This document shows positions 20,562 through 30,873 of a stretch of 64,000 nt of DNA, piece by piece (position 1 is the first letter of the stretch; every line of letters starts with the position of its first letter). This DNA is from an uncultured delta proteobacterium. Lineage in GTDB: Bacteria > Myxococcota > Myxococcia > Myxococcales > Anaeromyxobacteraceae. Both the position numbers and the translations under genes were made by a program. The stretch is taken from the NCBI GenBank assembly GCA_963845515.1, contig CAWJSR010000020.1, positions 103,065 to 167,064 of the forward strand. The letters run 5' to 3'. The notes beneath the pieces were generated by a model. That model had not been told where the DNA came from and searched no databases. It worked only from the letters and a program-made list of their open reading frames with translations.

Positions 20562-21448
20562 GCGCTCCGACCAATCGCTGGAAGCTCGGGGCCTTCGTCG
20601 TGGTGTCGGTGGTGGCCGGCCTGGCCGCGGCCGTCCTGCTCACGGCGCAGTGGCTGCAGGTCGAGACCGTGACCTACAAGTCCTACTTCGACGAGGCGGT
20701 GACCGGTCTCGACGTCGGGTCCCCGGTCAGCTTTCGCGGCGTGAAGGTCGGAAACGTCTCGGGAATCGACGTCGCGCCCGACCGTCGCCACGTCGAGATC
20801 AGCTACACCCTGGGGGTCGACGTGCTGAGGCGGCTGGGGCTCGCCGGCCAGGGCACGGGCAAGAGGACGAAGATCACGGTCCCGCCGGAGCTGCGGGTCC
20901 AGATCGCCTCGACGGGGCTCACCGGGACCAAGTACCTGCAGTTCGACTTCTTCAACACGGGCGGCACGCCTCCCCCCGTGCTGCCGTTCCCCGTGCCCGA
21001 CAACTACATCCCCGCGACCCCCTCGACGATGAAGAACCTGGAGGACGCGGTGGTCCGGGCGGTCGAACAGCTCCCCGGCCTCGTGCAGGAGCTGGCCGGT
21101 GTGGTCGACAGGGTGAACGTCCTCCTCGAGGACGTGAACCAGCGGGGTGTCCCGGGGAAGGCGGTCGCGACGCTGGAGCACGCCAATCAGCTGGCCGCGG
21201 GGATCCAGGCCACCCTGGCGAAGGTGGACGGCGTGGTCGCGCGCCTCGACGGGAAGGACGGCCTCCTCGCGAGCCTGCAGCGGTCCTCCGATTCGCTGGG
21301 TGACGCGGCCGGGCCACGGCTCGGCTCCAACCTCGACTCGGGTGCGCGCGATCTGCGCGAGGCTGCGGTGGCGATCCGGCAGCTCGCCGAGGCGCTCCAG
21401 CGAGACCCCGACATGCTGATGAAGGGGAAGTCGAAGGTGGGGCCATGA
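20558..21448 (+). CDS. MlaD/MCE-domain protein
   Basis: N-terminal TM; FDEAVTGLDVGSPVSFRGVKVGNV; GLTGTKYLQ; helical C-terminus. Confidence 0.9.
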   Translation: MSAPTNRWKLGAFVVVSVVAGLAAAVLLTAQWLQVETVTYKSYFDEAVTGLDVGSPVSFRGVKVGNVSGIDVAPDRRHVEISYTLGVDVLRRLGLAGQGTGKRTKITVPPELRVQIASTGLTGTKYLQFDFFNTGGTPPPVLPFPVPDNYIPATPSTMKNLEDAVVRAVEQLPGLVQELAGVVDRVNVLLEDVNQRGVPGKAVATLEHANQLAAGIQATLAKVDGVVARLDGKDGLLASLQRSSDSLGDAAGPRLGSNLDSGARDLREAAVAIRQLAEALQRDPDMLMKGKSKVGP

Positions 21449-22065
21449 GGGCCGCGCTCTGCTCGCTCGTGGTCACGGTCGCGCTCTCCGGCTGCGCGCT
21501 GCTGGGGAAGAGCGAGCCGGTCGTACCGCGATACTTCGCCGCGGAATACGACGGCGAGCCCACCGCCGCCCGCGCCCGGCCGGAGCTGCAGCTCCGGCTC
21601 GACCGGGTCGAGGGCTGGTCACACCTGCGCGAGCGGATGGTGGTCCGGAGCTCCGCTCGGGAGTTCTTCTTCTACGAGGACCGGCGCTGGCTCGAGCGGC
21701 CCGAGGTCTACCTGCGGCGCGCGCTCGCCCGCACGCTCTTCGAGGAGCGCGGCGTGGTCGAGGCGATCTCCGGCCGCGCCGTCACGCTCGAGGTCGAGCT
21801 GATCGCGTTCGAGGAGCTGGCGCAGCCCCACGAGATCCGGCTGCAGGCGCGGGTGGTGCTGATCGACGAGCGCGTGGCCCTGCTCGCCGAGACGATCACG
21901 GTGGAGCAGCCGATCGGGAGCGGGGGATCCGACCCGGTGGGGGCCGCAGTCGACGCGTACTCCCTGGGGCTGCGGACGGGAGTGAAGCTCATCGCCGATC
22001 GGGTGATCGCGAGGCTCGCCGAGCAGGCGGCGAGCGGCGCCCAGAGCGAAGCTCCCGCGCGTTGA
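21445..22065 (+). CDS. PqiC-like ABC-type transport auxiliary lipoprotein
   Basis: Lipobox LSGC, YEDRRWLERP, last gene of the Mla-like operon. Confidence 0.75.
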   Translation: MRAALCSLVVTVALSGCALLGKSEPVVPRYFAAEYDGEPTAARARPELQLRLDRVEGWSHLRERMVVRSSAREFFFYEDRRWLERPEVYLRRALARTLFEERGVVEAISGRAVTLEVELIAFEELAQPHEIRLQARVVLIDERVALLAETITVEQPIGSGGSDPVGAAVDAYSLGLRTGVKLIADRVIARLAEQAASGAQSEAPAR

Positions 22066-22110
22066 GCCATCCGGCGGGGGGACGTGGAGCGCGGGAGGCC
22101 CGGGTCCAAG

Positions 22111-22515
22111 CTAGCTGGGCCGCTGCCCCGCCGCGCCAGCGGGCTCCAGGAACCACCCGCCGAACAGCGAGTAGTTCATGAGGTGGGAGTCGTCGCCGGT
22201 GAGGACGTAGATCCGGGCGACGGGAGACGCCGGGTCGAACTTCCTCCCGAGCCACTTCGCGATCCCCGCGTCCGAGGGCTCGGTGGAGCTGGCGAGCGCC
22301 TGCCTGCCCTCGGCCGTGAGCCGGAAGACCTCGCTCTCTCCGTCCCAGCCCAGGGCGCGCGCCCTCGCCCTGGCCTTCTCGCCGGGCTCGTGCAGGACCA
22401 CGGCCACGTCGTCGGAGAAGCCGATCACCGCGATCGCGGGGGCGTGCATCCTCAGGCATCCGTTGACGATCCGCTGCATCACGTCGACGTCCGCCGGTGT
22501 CTTCTTCTCGGTCAT
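22111..22515 (-). CDS. Hypothetical protein
   Basis: 134-aa ORF with normal composition just downstream of ligD; no family recognised. Confidence 0.55.
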   Translation of the reverse strand: MTEKKTPADVDVMQRIVNGCLRMHAPAIAVIGFSDDVAVVLHEPGEKARARARALGWDGESEVFRLTAEGRQALASSTEPSDAGIAKWLGRKFDPASPVARIYVLTGDDSHLMNYSLFGGWFLEPAGAAGQRPS

Positions 22516-22564
22516 GGGGATCTGACCCTAGTCGGTGCGTCGAAACGGTCAAGCTGCGATCCGC

Positions 22565-25120
22565 TTAGGTCGCCGTCCCGGTGCGCGAGCCGCGCACCGA
22601 GGGAAGCGATGGGAACCGCGCGCTGAGCCGCTCCAGCGCGCCGAGGAGGTCGGGCCTTGCGTCCAGCAGGGGGCGCAGCGGGTCGGCCCCCAGCCGCTGG
22701 AGGCGCGCCGGGACGGTGCGGATGGTGAAGCGCGCCGGGTCGAGCTTGCGGCTCACCTCGCTCCAGCGCAGCGGGGTCGAGACCGGCGCGCCGTCGCGCG
22801 GTCGGACGCAGTAGGCCGCCGCGATCGTCTTCCCGGCGCCGTTCTGGAAGGCGTCCAGGTAGACGCGCCCTCCGCGCCCGCCGATCGCGCGAACGGTGGT
22901 GGCGATCTCTCCGTGCACCGACTCGATGGCGCGGCAGAGGAGCGCGGCCAGCGTGCGCGCCTGGTCGTGGGTGAGCTGTCCGCCAGTCGGCACCAGGACG
23001 TGAAGTCCGCGCTGGCCGCTCGTCTTGGGGAAGGAGGGGAGCCCCAGGTCGTCGCAGAGTGCGTGGGCCGCGCGCGCCAGGGCGATCACGTGCTCGAAGG
23101 GAGCGTCCTTGGGATCCAGATCCAGCACCAGCCAGTCGGGACGATCCATCGAGCCGGCACGGCTCGCGAGGACGTGGATGGGGATCGCCCCGAGGTTCGC
23201 CACCCACGCCAGCCCCTCGACGTCGTCGAGCAGCGCCAGCTCCAGATCCCGGTCGGACTCGTCGGAGCGGACGGTCACGATCCGCATCCAGGCCGGCCGG
23301 GCCAGCGAGGTGTCCTTCTGGAAGAAGCTCTTGCCGTCGATGCCGTCCGGGAAGCGGGTGAGCACGACGGGGCGGTCCCGGAGGAGCGGGAGCATCGCCG
23401 GCGCGATGGTCCGGTAGTAGTCGACCAGCTCGCGCTTCGTGATCCGATCGCGCGGGAAGTAGATCTTGTCGGGGTGGGAGATCTCCAGTGGCCCCGTCAC
23501 CCCGGTGGGGGAGAGGGGACGGAGCTCCTGGGAGTCCTCTCCCGCGTGGGAAGGGGTTGGATGCTCCGATGCGTCGATCTCCTCCAGCCGCTTGTCGTCG
23601 CGAGTCCGGACGAAGACGGGTTGGCGGAGCACGCCCTCGCGCGTCCAGTCCTTGAACCGGACCTCCACGACCAGCGTCGGCTCCACCCAGCTGTGCCCCC
23701 TGCCAGCGGGCACTGGCCCGCTGCACGGTGGAGCGCTCACCACGTGACCCGAGAGGCGCCCGTAGAGCTGGGCGAGCAGCTCCTCGTCGAAGCCCGTCCC
23801 GACCCTGCCCGCGTACTGAAGCCCGTCGGCTCCACGCGCCCCCAGGTGGAGGGCGCCGAAGCCGGTGCGGCCTGCCGCTGGCGCGGTGAAGCCCACGACG
23901 GCGAAGTCGCCGGCCCGCTCCGTCCGGACCTTCAGCCAGGTCGGTGAGCGCCCCGACCGGTAGGGCGCGTCTCCACGCTTGCCGACGATCCCCTCGAGGC
24001 CGCGGGCCTCGACCTCGCGGTAGAGCGCCTCGCCCTCCGTCTCGACGTGGTCGGCGAAGCGCACGGGGCCGAGGCGCGGCGAGAGCGCGGCCAGGACCGC
24101 CTTTCGCTGGACCAGCGGCAGCGGGCGCAGGTCCAGCCCTCCGGCGGCGAGGAGATCGAACGCGAAGAAGGTCGCAGGCCGGACGACGGAGGCGTCCGCG
24201 ACGTCGATCGCCCGGCTGAGCCGTCCGCGTCCCTGGAGCGCCTGGAAGTCGGGGCGCCCCTCGCCGTCGAGCACCACCACCTCGCCGTCGATCACGGCCC
24301 GCTCGACCGGGAGCGCCGCCACGGACCGCGCGACCTCGGGGAAGAGGGCGGTCGCGTCGCCACCGCGCCGGTAACGCAGCGTCACGCTCGCCCCCTCCTT
24401 CCAGGCGAGGAGCCGGTACCCGTCGTACTTGAGCTCGAAGAGCCACCCCTCGGCCCGGAACGGCGCGTCGGTCGGCTGGGCGAGCATGGGGCCGACCTCG
24501 CCCGGGTGGAGCGCGCTGCGAGGCGCGCCGTCGGCTTCGGCGCGCGCGAGCGCGGCTGCGACGCGTGGCGTCCCGCTCGCGACCTCCTCCAGGGTGCGTC
24601 CCGACAGGATCGAGACGTCGGGGAAGGGGCGGGAGGAGCCGGGATCCGCCCAGGCGTCGCGATGCTTCAGGAGGAGCCACTCCCGCGCCGAGCGCGTCCG
24701 CACCAGGGTCCACTCCCCCCGCAGCTTGTAGCCGCCCAGCTCGAAGAGCAGCTTGCCCGCCTCGTAGCCGGCGTCCGGGTCCTCGACGGCGCGCCACCAG
24801 CCGCGGTCCCAGAGGATCACCGAGCCAGCGCCGTAGCTACCGGCAGGGATGGTCCCCTCGAAGTCGGCGTACTCGATCGGGTGATCCTCGACCTCGACCG
24901 CCATGCGCTTCTGGGCCGGGTCGGCCGAAGGGCCCTTCGGAACCGCCCACGAGCGGAGCGTGCCGTGCAGCTCTAGCCGGAAGTCCCAGTGAAGCCGCCT
25001 GGCGGCGTGCTGCTGCACGACGAAGAGGCGCGCTCCTGAGTCCGGCCGCACGGTCCCGAACGGCTCTGGCGTCCGGCCGGGGTCCCGCTTTCGGCGGTAG
25101 CTGTCGAGCCGGTCGGCCAC
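22565..25120 (-). CDS. ligD: DNA ligase D (phosphoesterase-ligase-polymerase)
   Basis: YRRKRD..TPEP, QQHAARRLHWDFRLE, ELKYDGYR, EGIVGKR, LDLDP, KTSGQRGLHV; GTG start with GGAG RBS. Confidence 0.95.
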   Translation of the reverse strand: MADRLDSYRRKRDPGRTPEPFGTVRPDSGARLFVVQQHAARRLHWDFRLELHGTLRSWAVPKGPSADPAQKRMAVEVEDHPIEYADFEGTIPAGSYGAGSVILWDRGWWRAVEDPDAGYEAGKLLFELGGYKLRGEWTLVRTRSAREWLLLKHRDAWADPGSSRPFPDVSILSGRTLEEVASGTPRVAAALARAEADGAPRSALHPGEVGPMLAQPTDAPFRAEGWLFELKYDGYRLLAWKEGASVTLRYRRGGDATALFPEVARSVAALPVERAVIDGEVVVLDGEGRPDFQALQGRGRLSRAIDVADASVVRPATFFAFDLLAAGGLDLRPLPLVQRKAVLAALSPRLGPVRFADHVETEGEALYREVEARGLEGIVGKRGDAPYRSGRSPTWLKVRTERAGDFAVVGFTAPAAGRTGFGALHLGARGADGLQYAGRVGTGFDEELLAQLYGRLSGHVVSAPPCSGPVPAGRGHSWVEPTLVVEVRFKDWTREGVLRQPVFVRTRDDKRLEEIDASEHPTPSHAGEDSQELRPLSPTGVTGPLEISHPDKIYFPRDRITKRELVDYYRTIAPAMLPLLRDRPVVLTRFPDGIDGKSFFQKDTSLARPAWMRIVTVRSDESDRDLELALLDDVEGLAWVANLGAIPIHVLASRAGSMDRPDWLVLDLDPKDAPFEHVIALARAAHALCDDLGLPSFPKTSGQRGLHVLVPTGGQLTHDQARTLAALLCRAIESVHGEIATTVRAIGGRGGRVYLDAFQNGAGKTIAAAYCVRPRDGAPVSTPLRWSEVSRKLDPARFTIRTVPARLQRLGADPLRPLLDARPDLLGALERLSARFPSLPSVRGSRTGTAT

Positions 25121-25174
25121 CCTGGACTCCCACGGAGCGGTGCTCGACCGCGCCTCCTTCGTTATAGGCGCCAC

Positions 25175-26095
25175 ATGCCCGCTCGCTCGCTCGCCACAGG
25201 CACCATCTCCTTCGGCCTCGTCTCCATCCCCATCCGGCTCTTCCCGGCGGCGCAGCCCTCGGCGACCATCAGCTTCAACATGCTGCACGCCAGGGACGGC
25301 TCGCGGCTGAAGCAGCAGTACGTCTGCGCCAAGGACGGGCAGGTCGTCCCGCGCGAGGAGACGGTGAAGGGGTACGAGTTCGCGAAGGACAGGTACGTCA
25401 CCTTCACGGCGGAGGAGCTGAAGGCGCTCGACGAGATCGCCTCCCAGACGATCGACATCGCCGAGTTCGTGCCGGCCGCCGACGTCGACGCGGTCTTCTT
25501 CGACAAGGCTTACTACCTCGGGCCGGACAAGGGCGGCGCGCGCGCCTACAAGCTCCTTGGGGAGGCGATGCGGCGCGCGGGCAAGGCGGCGCTCGGTCGC
25601 TACGCGGCGCGCGGCAAGCAGTACCTGGTGCTCATCCGCCCGCTCGGCGACCGGCTCGTGATGCAGCAGCTCTTCTACGCCGACGAGATCCGCCCGCCGG
25701 AGGAGATCCCCGTCGACGACGCCGAGCTGAAGGAGCCCGAGATCCAGCTCGCGCTGCAGCTCATCGCCCAGACCGCGTCGGCCGACGGCTTCCATCCCGA
25801 GCGCTACCGGGACGCCGTCAAGCAGCGGGTCGAGGAGGCGATCGAGCGGAAGGTGGCCGGGCAGGAGATCCAGGTGGCCTCACCGGAGCCGCAGGCCCAG
25901 GTGATCGACCTCATGGAGGCGCTCAAGAAGAGCATCGGAAGCCGCTCCCCGTCGACCTCCTCCCAGTCGACGCCGGCCTGGCCGGCCTCGATCGACGCGC
26001 CCGCTCACGCGAGGAAGGCGGCGGCGGGAGGCGATCGGAAGGGGGCGCACCGGGCGCCTCGCGAGCCCCCAGCCAAGGCGTCATCGCGCAAGTGA
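25175..26095 (+). CDS. ku: NHEJ DNA end-binding protein Ku
   Basis: GTISFGLVSIPIRL, VKGYE, YYLGP, VIDLMEALKKSI, basic tail; divergent from ligD. Confidence 0.95.
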   Translation: MPARSLATGTISFGLVSIPIRLFPAAQPSATISFNMLHARDGSRLKQQYVCAKDGQVVPREETVKGYEFAKDRYVTFTAEELKALDEIASQTIDIAEFVPAADVDAVFFDKAYYLGPDKGGARAYKLLGEAMRRAGKAALGRYAARGKQYLVLIRPLGDRLVMQQLFYADEIRPPEEIPVDDAELKEPEIQLALQLIAQTASADGFHPERYRDAVKQRVEEAIERKVAGQEIQVASPEPQAQVIDLMEALKKSIGSRSPSTSSQSTPAWPASIDAPAHARKAAAGGDRKGAHRAPREPPAKASSRK

Positions 26096-26232
26096 GGTCG
26101 GGCTGCGCGGCCTGTGAGCGCTCGTTCTCCCCCGCGCGCGGTGCTCCACGCGACCGTGGAAGCCGCTGCCCGACCGGTGCATTGAAGAGGCTGCCGGCAG
26201 ACGGTCCGGGGGAGGGGAGACAGGACAATCCC

Positions 26233-26493
26233 ATGAAGTTCCTCGTAGAGAGTCCGCACACGAAGGAAGAGTGCCTCCGGGAGTTGGATGGCATCGCCGC
26301 CAAGGGAAGCGACGTGCTGGGCAAGTTCAGCTGGGCGTGCATGTCCGGCGAGCACACCGGCTACGCAATCCTCGAGGCGAAGGACGAGGCGGCGGCGCGA
26401 AGCGTCGTGCCGGAGGTCGTACGCGCAAAGGCGCGCGTCCATCCCGTGAGCACCTTCACCACCAAGGACATCGAGCAGCTGCATCGCGCCTAG
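26233..26493 (+). CDS. Small hypothetical protein (86 aa)
   Basis: MKFLVESPHTKEECL...WACMSGEHTGYAILEAKDEAAAR; purine-rich RBS upstream. Confidence 0.7.
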   Translation: MKFLVESPHTKEECLRELDGIAAKGSDVLGKFSWACMSGEHTGYAILEAKDEAAARSVVPEVVRAKARVHPVSTFTTKDIEQLHRA

Positions 26494-26637
26494 GAGGCAT
26501 CCGCGCCCGACCGCGACGAGCGGTCGGGGATGTCACACTCTCCCGCCACCCGTCTCCATTGTGCGTAGGGCGCGCTGGAGGCGGGGTGGGGGAGGCGGCG
26601 GGGCGGGCGCAGGTGGGCCCGTCCTCGCCGCCGTCGT

Positions 26638-28445
26638 TCAGCGAGCCCTGCGCAGGTGCGCGAGCGTCTCCAGCGCGAAGCGCCGATGCTCGGTCAGGAG
26701 GTTCGTCAGGACCTTGTCGGGCGGCTCGTGCGCGCGCTCTGCGAGCGAGTCGAGCAGGGCGCGCAGGCGGCGCTCTGCGATCGGCATCAACGCCGGCTCG
26801 GCACCCGTCAGCAGCTCGGCGGCCCTGTCCGGGCGGAAGCCGGCGGAGGTGAGCGCCTTGAGCGACAGCCCGCGCAGCCGGTGCGAGAAGGTCCGCGACT
26901 TTCCGCTGTAACCGAGCAGCGCCTCGGCCTCGCCGACGCGGAAGCCGGTCGCGCAGAGCGCCTCGACCTCGGCGATCTCCCGCCCGCTGAAGCCGGCCAG
27001 GCGGAGCCCCTCGGCGCGCGAGGTGGCGGGCGCCGACGCCCTGGGGGCGCCTCCCGGTGCGCGCGGGACCTCGCGGTCACTTCGGGAGGGAGATCCTGGG
27101 TGTCGATCGCGAGGCGCCCGTCCAGGCGGGCGCGCTGCGCGGCGACGCGAACGGTCCGTCGCAGCTCCCGGGCGTTGCCGGGCCAGCCGTACCGGGACAG
27201 CGCGTCGGCGGCCCCAGGGGTGAGCGTCAGGTCCTCTGCGCCGTTCTCGAGCGCCGCCTCCCGCAGGAAGTGGGCCGCCAGCCTCGCGACGTCGTCCTGG
27301 CGTGCGCGCAGGGGGGGCACGTGGATGACGTTGCCTGCGAGCCGTTCGAAGAGGTCGCGCGGAAAGCACCCGGACTGCACCTCCTCGAGGAGATCCCGGT
27401 TCGTCGCGCAGACGAACTTGACGTCGACCGTCCGGGCCGGCCCGCGCCCCACCGCCGGGTGGAAGGCGCGCCGCTCCAGCGGCAGCAGCAGGAGGGCCTG
27501 TGCCTGGCGTGGCAGGTCGCCGACCTCGTCGAGGAACAGCACCCCGCCATCGGTCTCCTCCAGGATCCCCGGCTGCCCCTCCTTCGGGACGTTGGCGAGG
27601 CCGCTGCCGCTCCCGTGGCCGAAGAGCTTGCCCGTCGCTATGGCCGGGTCGCCTGCGGCGAGCTCGGCGCAGTTGATCGTGCGGAAGGGGTGGCCGAAGC
27701 GCGGCCCCAGGGCCCAGACGGCCTGGGCCACGGCCGTCTTGCCCGTGCCGGTCTCGCCGAGGATCAGCGTTGGATCGGGCGTCGCAGCCGCGATCAGGAT
27801 CTCCTCGAAGATGCGCAGGAACTCGGGGGCCTCACCGACCAGCGTGCAGCTGCGCAGCTCCCTTAGCGCCGGGAACCGGACCTCCAGGCGCGCGACCTTC
27901 TCGCGGATGGCCGCGGCGTCCGGACGCGGAGGCTCGTAGTCGACGTAGCCGGCGTCGTGAACCTCGTCCTCCAGGCGGGACTGGGTCTCTCGCGCCCGGT
28001 GGAGCGCCATCGGCTCGACGCTCTCCTCCCAGTCGTGGCGCGCGGCCACCATCCGCTGCTCCAGCTCCACGACGCGCCTGCGGTGCTCCAGCCGCCCGTT
28101 CACGCGGGCCAGCAGGTCCTCGAGGTCGAAGGGCTTGGTGACGTAGTCGTCCGCGCCCACGCGAAGCCCGGCGTACTTGTCGCTCGGCTGCCCCTTGCCG
28201 GTGACGAAGAGGAAGGGCGTCAGCGCGGTCCCGGGGCGGGCGCGGACCTCGGCGCAGAACGCGAGACCGTCCATGCCCGGCATCATCACGTCCGAGACGA
28301 TCAGGTCCGGGATCTCGCCCTCGAGCCGCGCGAGCGCCGCCGTGCCGCTGGAGGCGCGCAGCACCCTGTGCCCGGCGCGCTCCAGGTTGTAGGCGATCGT
28401 CTCGAGCATGTCCTCCTCGTCGTCCACGACCAGGATGTTCGACAT
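26638..28445 (-). CDS. NtrC-like response regulator (REC + AAA+ + atypical C-terminal HTH region), one frameshift near 27030-27080
   Basis: ILVVDD, DVMMPGMDG, GETGTGKT, LFLDEVG, ATNRDL, WPGNAREL; the C-terminus continues in frame 26638-27369. Confidence 0.85.
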
Positions 28446-28452
28446 GTGCACC

Positions 28453-29988
28453 TCAACCCCGGGTGAGCGGCAGGCGAAGCTCGAAGGTGGCGCCCGCGCC
28501 ATGCGGGCTCGTCACGTTGACGCTGCCTCCGTGCCGGCGCGCGACCCCGGCGACGATGGCGAGCCCCAGCCCGGAGCCCCTGCCGAGCAGCTGCCCCTGG
28601 CGCCCCTGGTAGAAGCGCTCGAAGACGTGCTCGCGCTCCTCGTCGGGGATCCCTGGCCCGGTGTCGGTCACCGAGATGCTGGCCTCGCCGCCCCGGCAGC
28701 GCAAGTCCACGCTGACGCGCCCCGCCGGCGGCGTGAACTTGAGCGCGTTGTCGACGAGGTTCTGCAGGGCCCTGGAGACCTGGCTGCGGTCGACCTCGGC
28801 GAGGACCGGCCCCTCGGGAGGCTCGTAGACCAGCGAGACCTGGCGCTCCTCGAAGGCCGACCGGACCCCGTCGACGCTCTCCTCCACCAGCTCGGAGAGC
28901 TGCACCTGCTCGAAGACCGTCTCCTTGTTCTCGATGCGGGCCAGGTCGAGCAGGTCGCTCACCAGGGCTCCCAGCCGCTTGCACTGGCGCTCGGCGCGCG
29001 CGAGGAAGTCGCGCCGCACGCTCGCCGTCATCTCCGGATCGGCCAGCACGGTCTGGACGGCCGAGAGGACTATGGCGAGCGGCGAGCGGAAGTCGTGCGA
29101 CACGGTGGCGACGAACTGGTCCTTGGCCTCGGCCATCGCCTTCACGTGCTGGTAGGCGTCCTCCAGCTCGCGCGTGCGGCTCGCGACCATCTCCTCGAGG
29201 TGCTCCCTGTAGCGCGAGTTGTCGCGATCGAGCGCCGCGAGCGCCTCGGTCATGGCCCGGAAGTCGTCCGCGAGCTGCGCGATCTCCGCCGAGGCGGCGC
29301 GGGGCAGGGCCACGTCCCAGCGCCCCTCTCCGACCTCGCGCGTCGCCTGGGCCAGCGCGCGGAGCGGCGACGTGAGGCGCTGCGCGACCAGGAGGGCCAG
29401 CCCGAGCGCGAGCACCGACGCCACCGCCGCGATGAGCAGCCCGCTCATCGTTATGCGGCGCTCGGCCGCCGCGCGGGCCGCCGTCGTCACGTCGAGCACC
29501 AGCCAGCCCGCCGTCGCGCCGCCCTCTCCGGCAGCCCTCGGTGGACCCTCGTAGAAGCCGGCCGGCTCGGCCGGTCCCAAGGCCGCTGCGCCCACGACCG
29601 GCGCAACCCAGCGCATCCGCCCGCGGCCGAGTGAGCAGGGGCGGCAGTCATCCGGCGCCTCGCGCCGGGCGGACGGTGGGACGCCGCTGCGGGACCGGCC
29701 TCCGATCAGGCCGCCGTCGGCGTCGTAGATCGCGACCGCGACCACGTCCGCCTGGGACATCGCGCCGTCGAGCGGGCCCGCCAGCATCTCTTCGCTCCGT
29801 GCGAGGGCGCCGAGCAGCGACGTCGCCGCCACGTGCTGGGCGAGCGCGGCGATCCGCTCCTCCGACTCCTGGTCGAGCAGGTCGTGGGTCTGGCGCTGGT
29901 AGAAGACGGTCAGCAGGATGGCGAGCCCCGCGATCGTGGCGGAGATCCCGGCGGCCAGCCGCCAACCCAGCCCGCGCGGCCCGATCAC
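28453..29988 (-). CDS. Membrane sensor histidine kinase (HAMP, HisKA, HATPase)
   Basis: Two TM segments, VSHDFRSPL, NLVDNALKFT, DTGPGI, GSGLGL; GTGA overlap with the upstream gene. Confidence 0.92.
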   Translation of the reverse strand: MIGPRGLGWRLAAGISATIAGLAILLTVFYQRQTHDLLDQESEERIAALAQHVAATSLLGALARSEEMLAGPLDGAMSQADVVAVAIYDADGGLIGGRSRSGVPPSARREAPDDCRPCSLGRGRMRWVAPVVGAAALGPAEPAGFYEGPPRAAGEGGATAGWLVLDVTTAARAAAERRITMSGLLIAAVASVLALGLALLVAQRLTSPLRALAQATREVGEGRWDVALPRAASAEIAQLADDFRAMTEALAALDRDNSRYREHLEEMVASRTRELEDAYQHVKAMAEAKDQFVATVSHDFRSPLAIVLSAVQTVLADPEMTASVRRDFLARAERQCKRLGALVSDLLDLARIENKETVFEQVQLSELVEESVDGVRSAFEERQVSLVYEPPEGPVLAEVDRSQVSRALQNLVDNALKFTPPAGRVSVDLRCRGGEASISVTDTGPGIPDEEREHVFERFYQGRQGQLLGRGSGLGLAIVAGVARRHGGSVNVTSPHGAGATFELRLPLTRG

Positions 29989-30866
29989 GGCAGCACCTGC
30001 TCCGCGCCCTCGAGCAGCTTGCGCGGGACCTTGAGCCCGAGCTGCGTCGCCGTGCGCTGGTTCACGTAGAGCGCGTAGTCGCAGCCGTAGACGGCGCCGG
30101 TGGGCTGCGCGCCGCCCAGCAGCTGCTTCCCGAGCTCGCCGGCGGCCTCGCCGCAGCTCTCCGGGCGCGGCACGAGTGCGAAGAGCGCGCCGCTCGCCAC
30201 GTACCACCGGGAGAGGCCGATCACCGCCATCCGGCGCCAGTGCGCGAGCTCGAGCGCGTAGTAGACGGTCTCCTGGACCGTCGCGGTCCCGTCCGGGAGG
30301 AGCCAGAGGGCGTCCACGCGCACGTCGTCCTCGAAGCGGTGGAACGCTCGCACCGCCTCGCCGACAGTGCGCGCCGGGAGCGCCACGAGCTCCATCCCCG
30401 CCGCCTGCGCCGCTGCCTGCGCCTCGGCCACGAGCGCCCCGGTCCGCTCGGGGTCGTACACCGCGCCGATCCTGCGTGCCCTGGGAGCCAGCTTCCTGAG
30501 CGTCTCGAGCACGCGTCGCGGCTCGGCGTCGGGCAGGATCCCGCCCTGGCCGCTCGTCCGCGCGTTGCCGGCCATGACGTGGAGGGTGGGGGTCCGCGGC
30601 GCCAGCTCGCTCGCGGCACGCAGCGCCTCGGGCCCCACGGCGATGACGAGCCGCCCGCAGCGCGAAGCCAGCAGCTCCCGCTCCTGTGGCTCCGCCACGC
30701 TCAGGCTCAGGGACGGCACCCCCAGGGCGCGCCGGGCGGCGTTCGCGACGGCAGCGTACTCGCCGGGCGACACCGCGACGCAGACCCCCGCGTCCGCGCC
30801 GAGTGCCCGGCCCGCGGCCAGGGCCACGGTCACCGCGAGCGCGAGCATGGATCCGTGCGCCAGCAT
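29985..30866 (-). CDS. ABC-type substrate-binding-like periplasmic protein
   Basis: Signal peptide; VIAVGPEA, RIGAVYDP, DALWLLPD, LYVNQRTATQLGLKVP typical of the ABC_sub_bind family. Confidence 0.82.
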   Translation of the reverse strand: MLAHGSMLALAVTVALAAGRALGADAGVCVAVSPGEYAAVANAARRALGVPSLSLSVAEPQERELLASRCGRLVIAVGPEALRAASELAPRTPTLHVMAGNARTSGQGGILPDAEPRRVLETLRKLAPRARRIGAVYDPERTGALVAEAQAAAQAAGMELVALPARTVGEAVRAFHRFEDDVRVDALWLLPDGTATVQETVYYALELAHWRRMAVIGLSRWYVASGALFALVPRPESCGEAAGELGKQLLGGAQPTGAVYGCDYALYVNQRTATQLGLKVPRKLLEGAEQVLP

Positions 30867-30873
30867 CGGCTCC

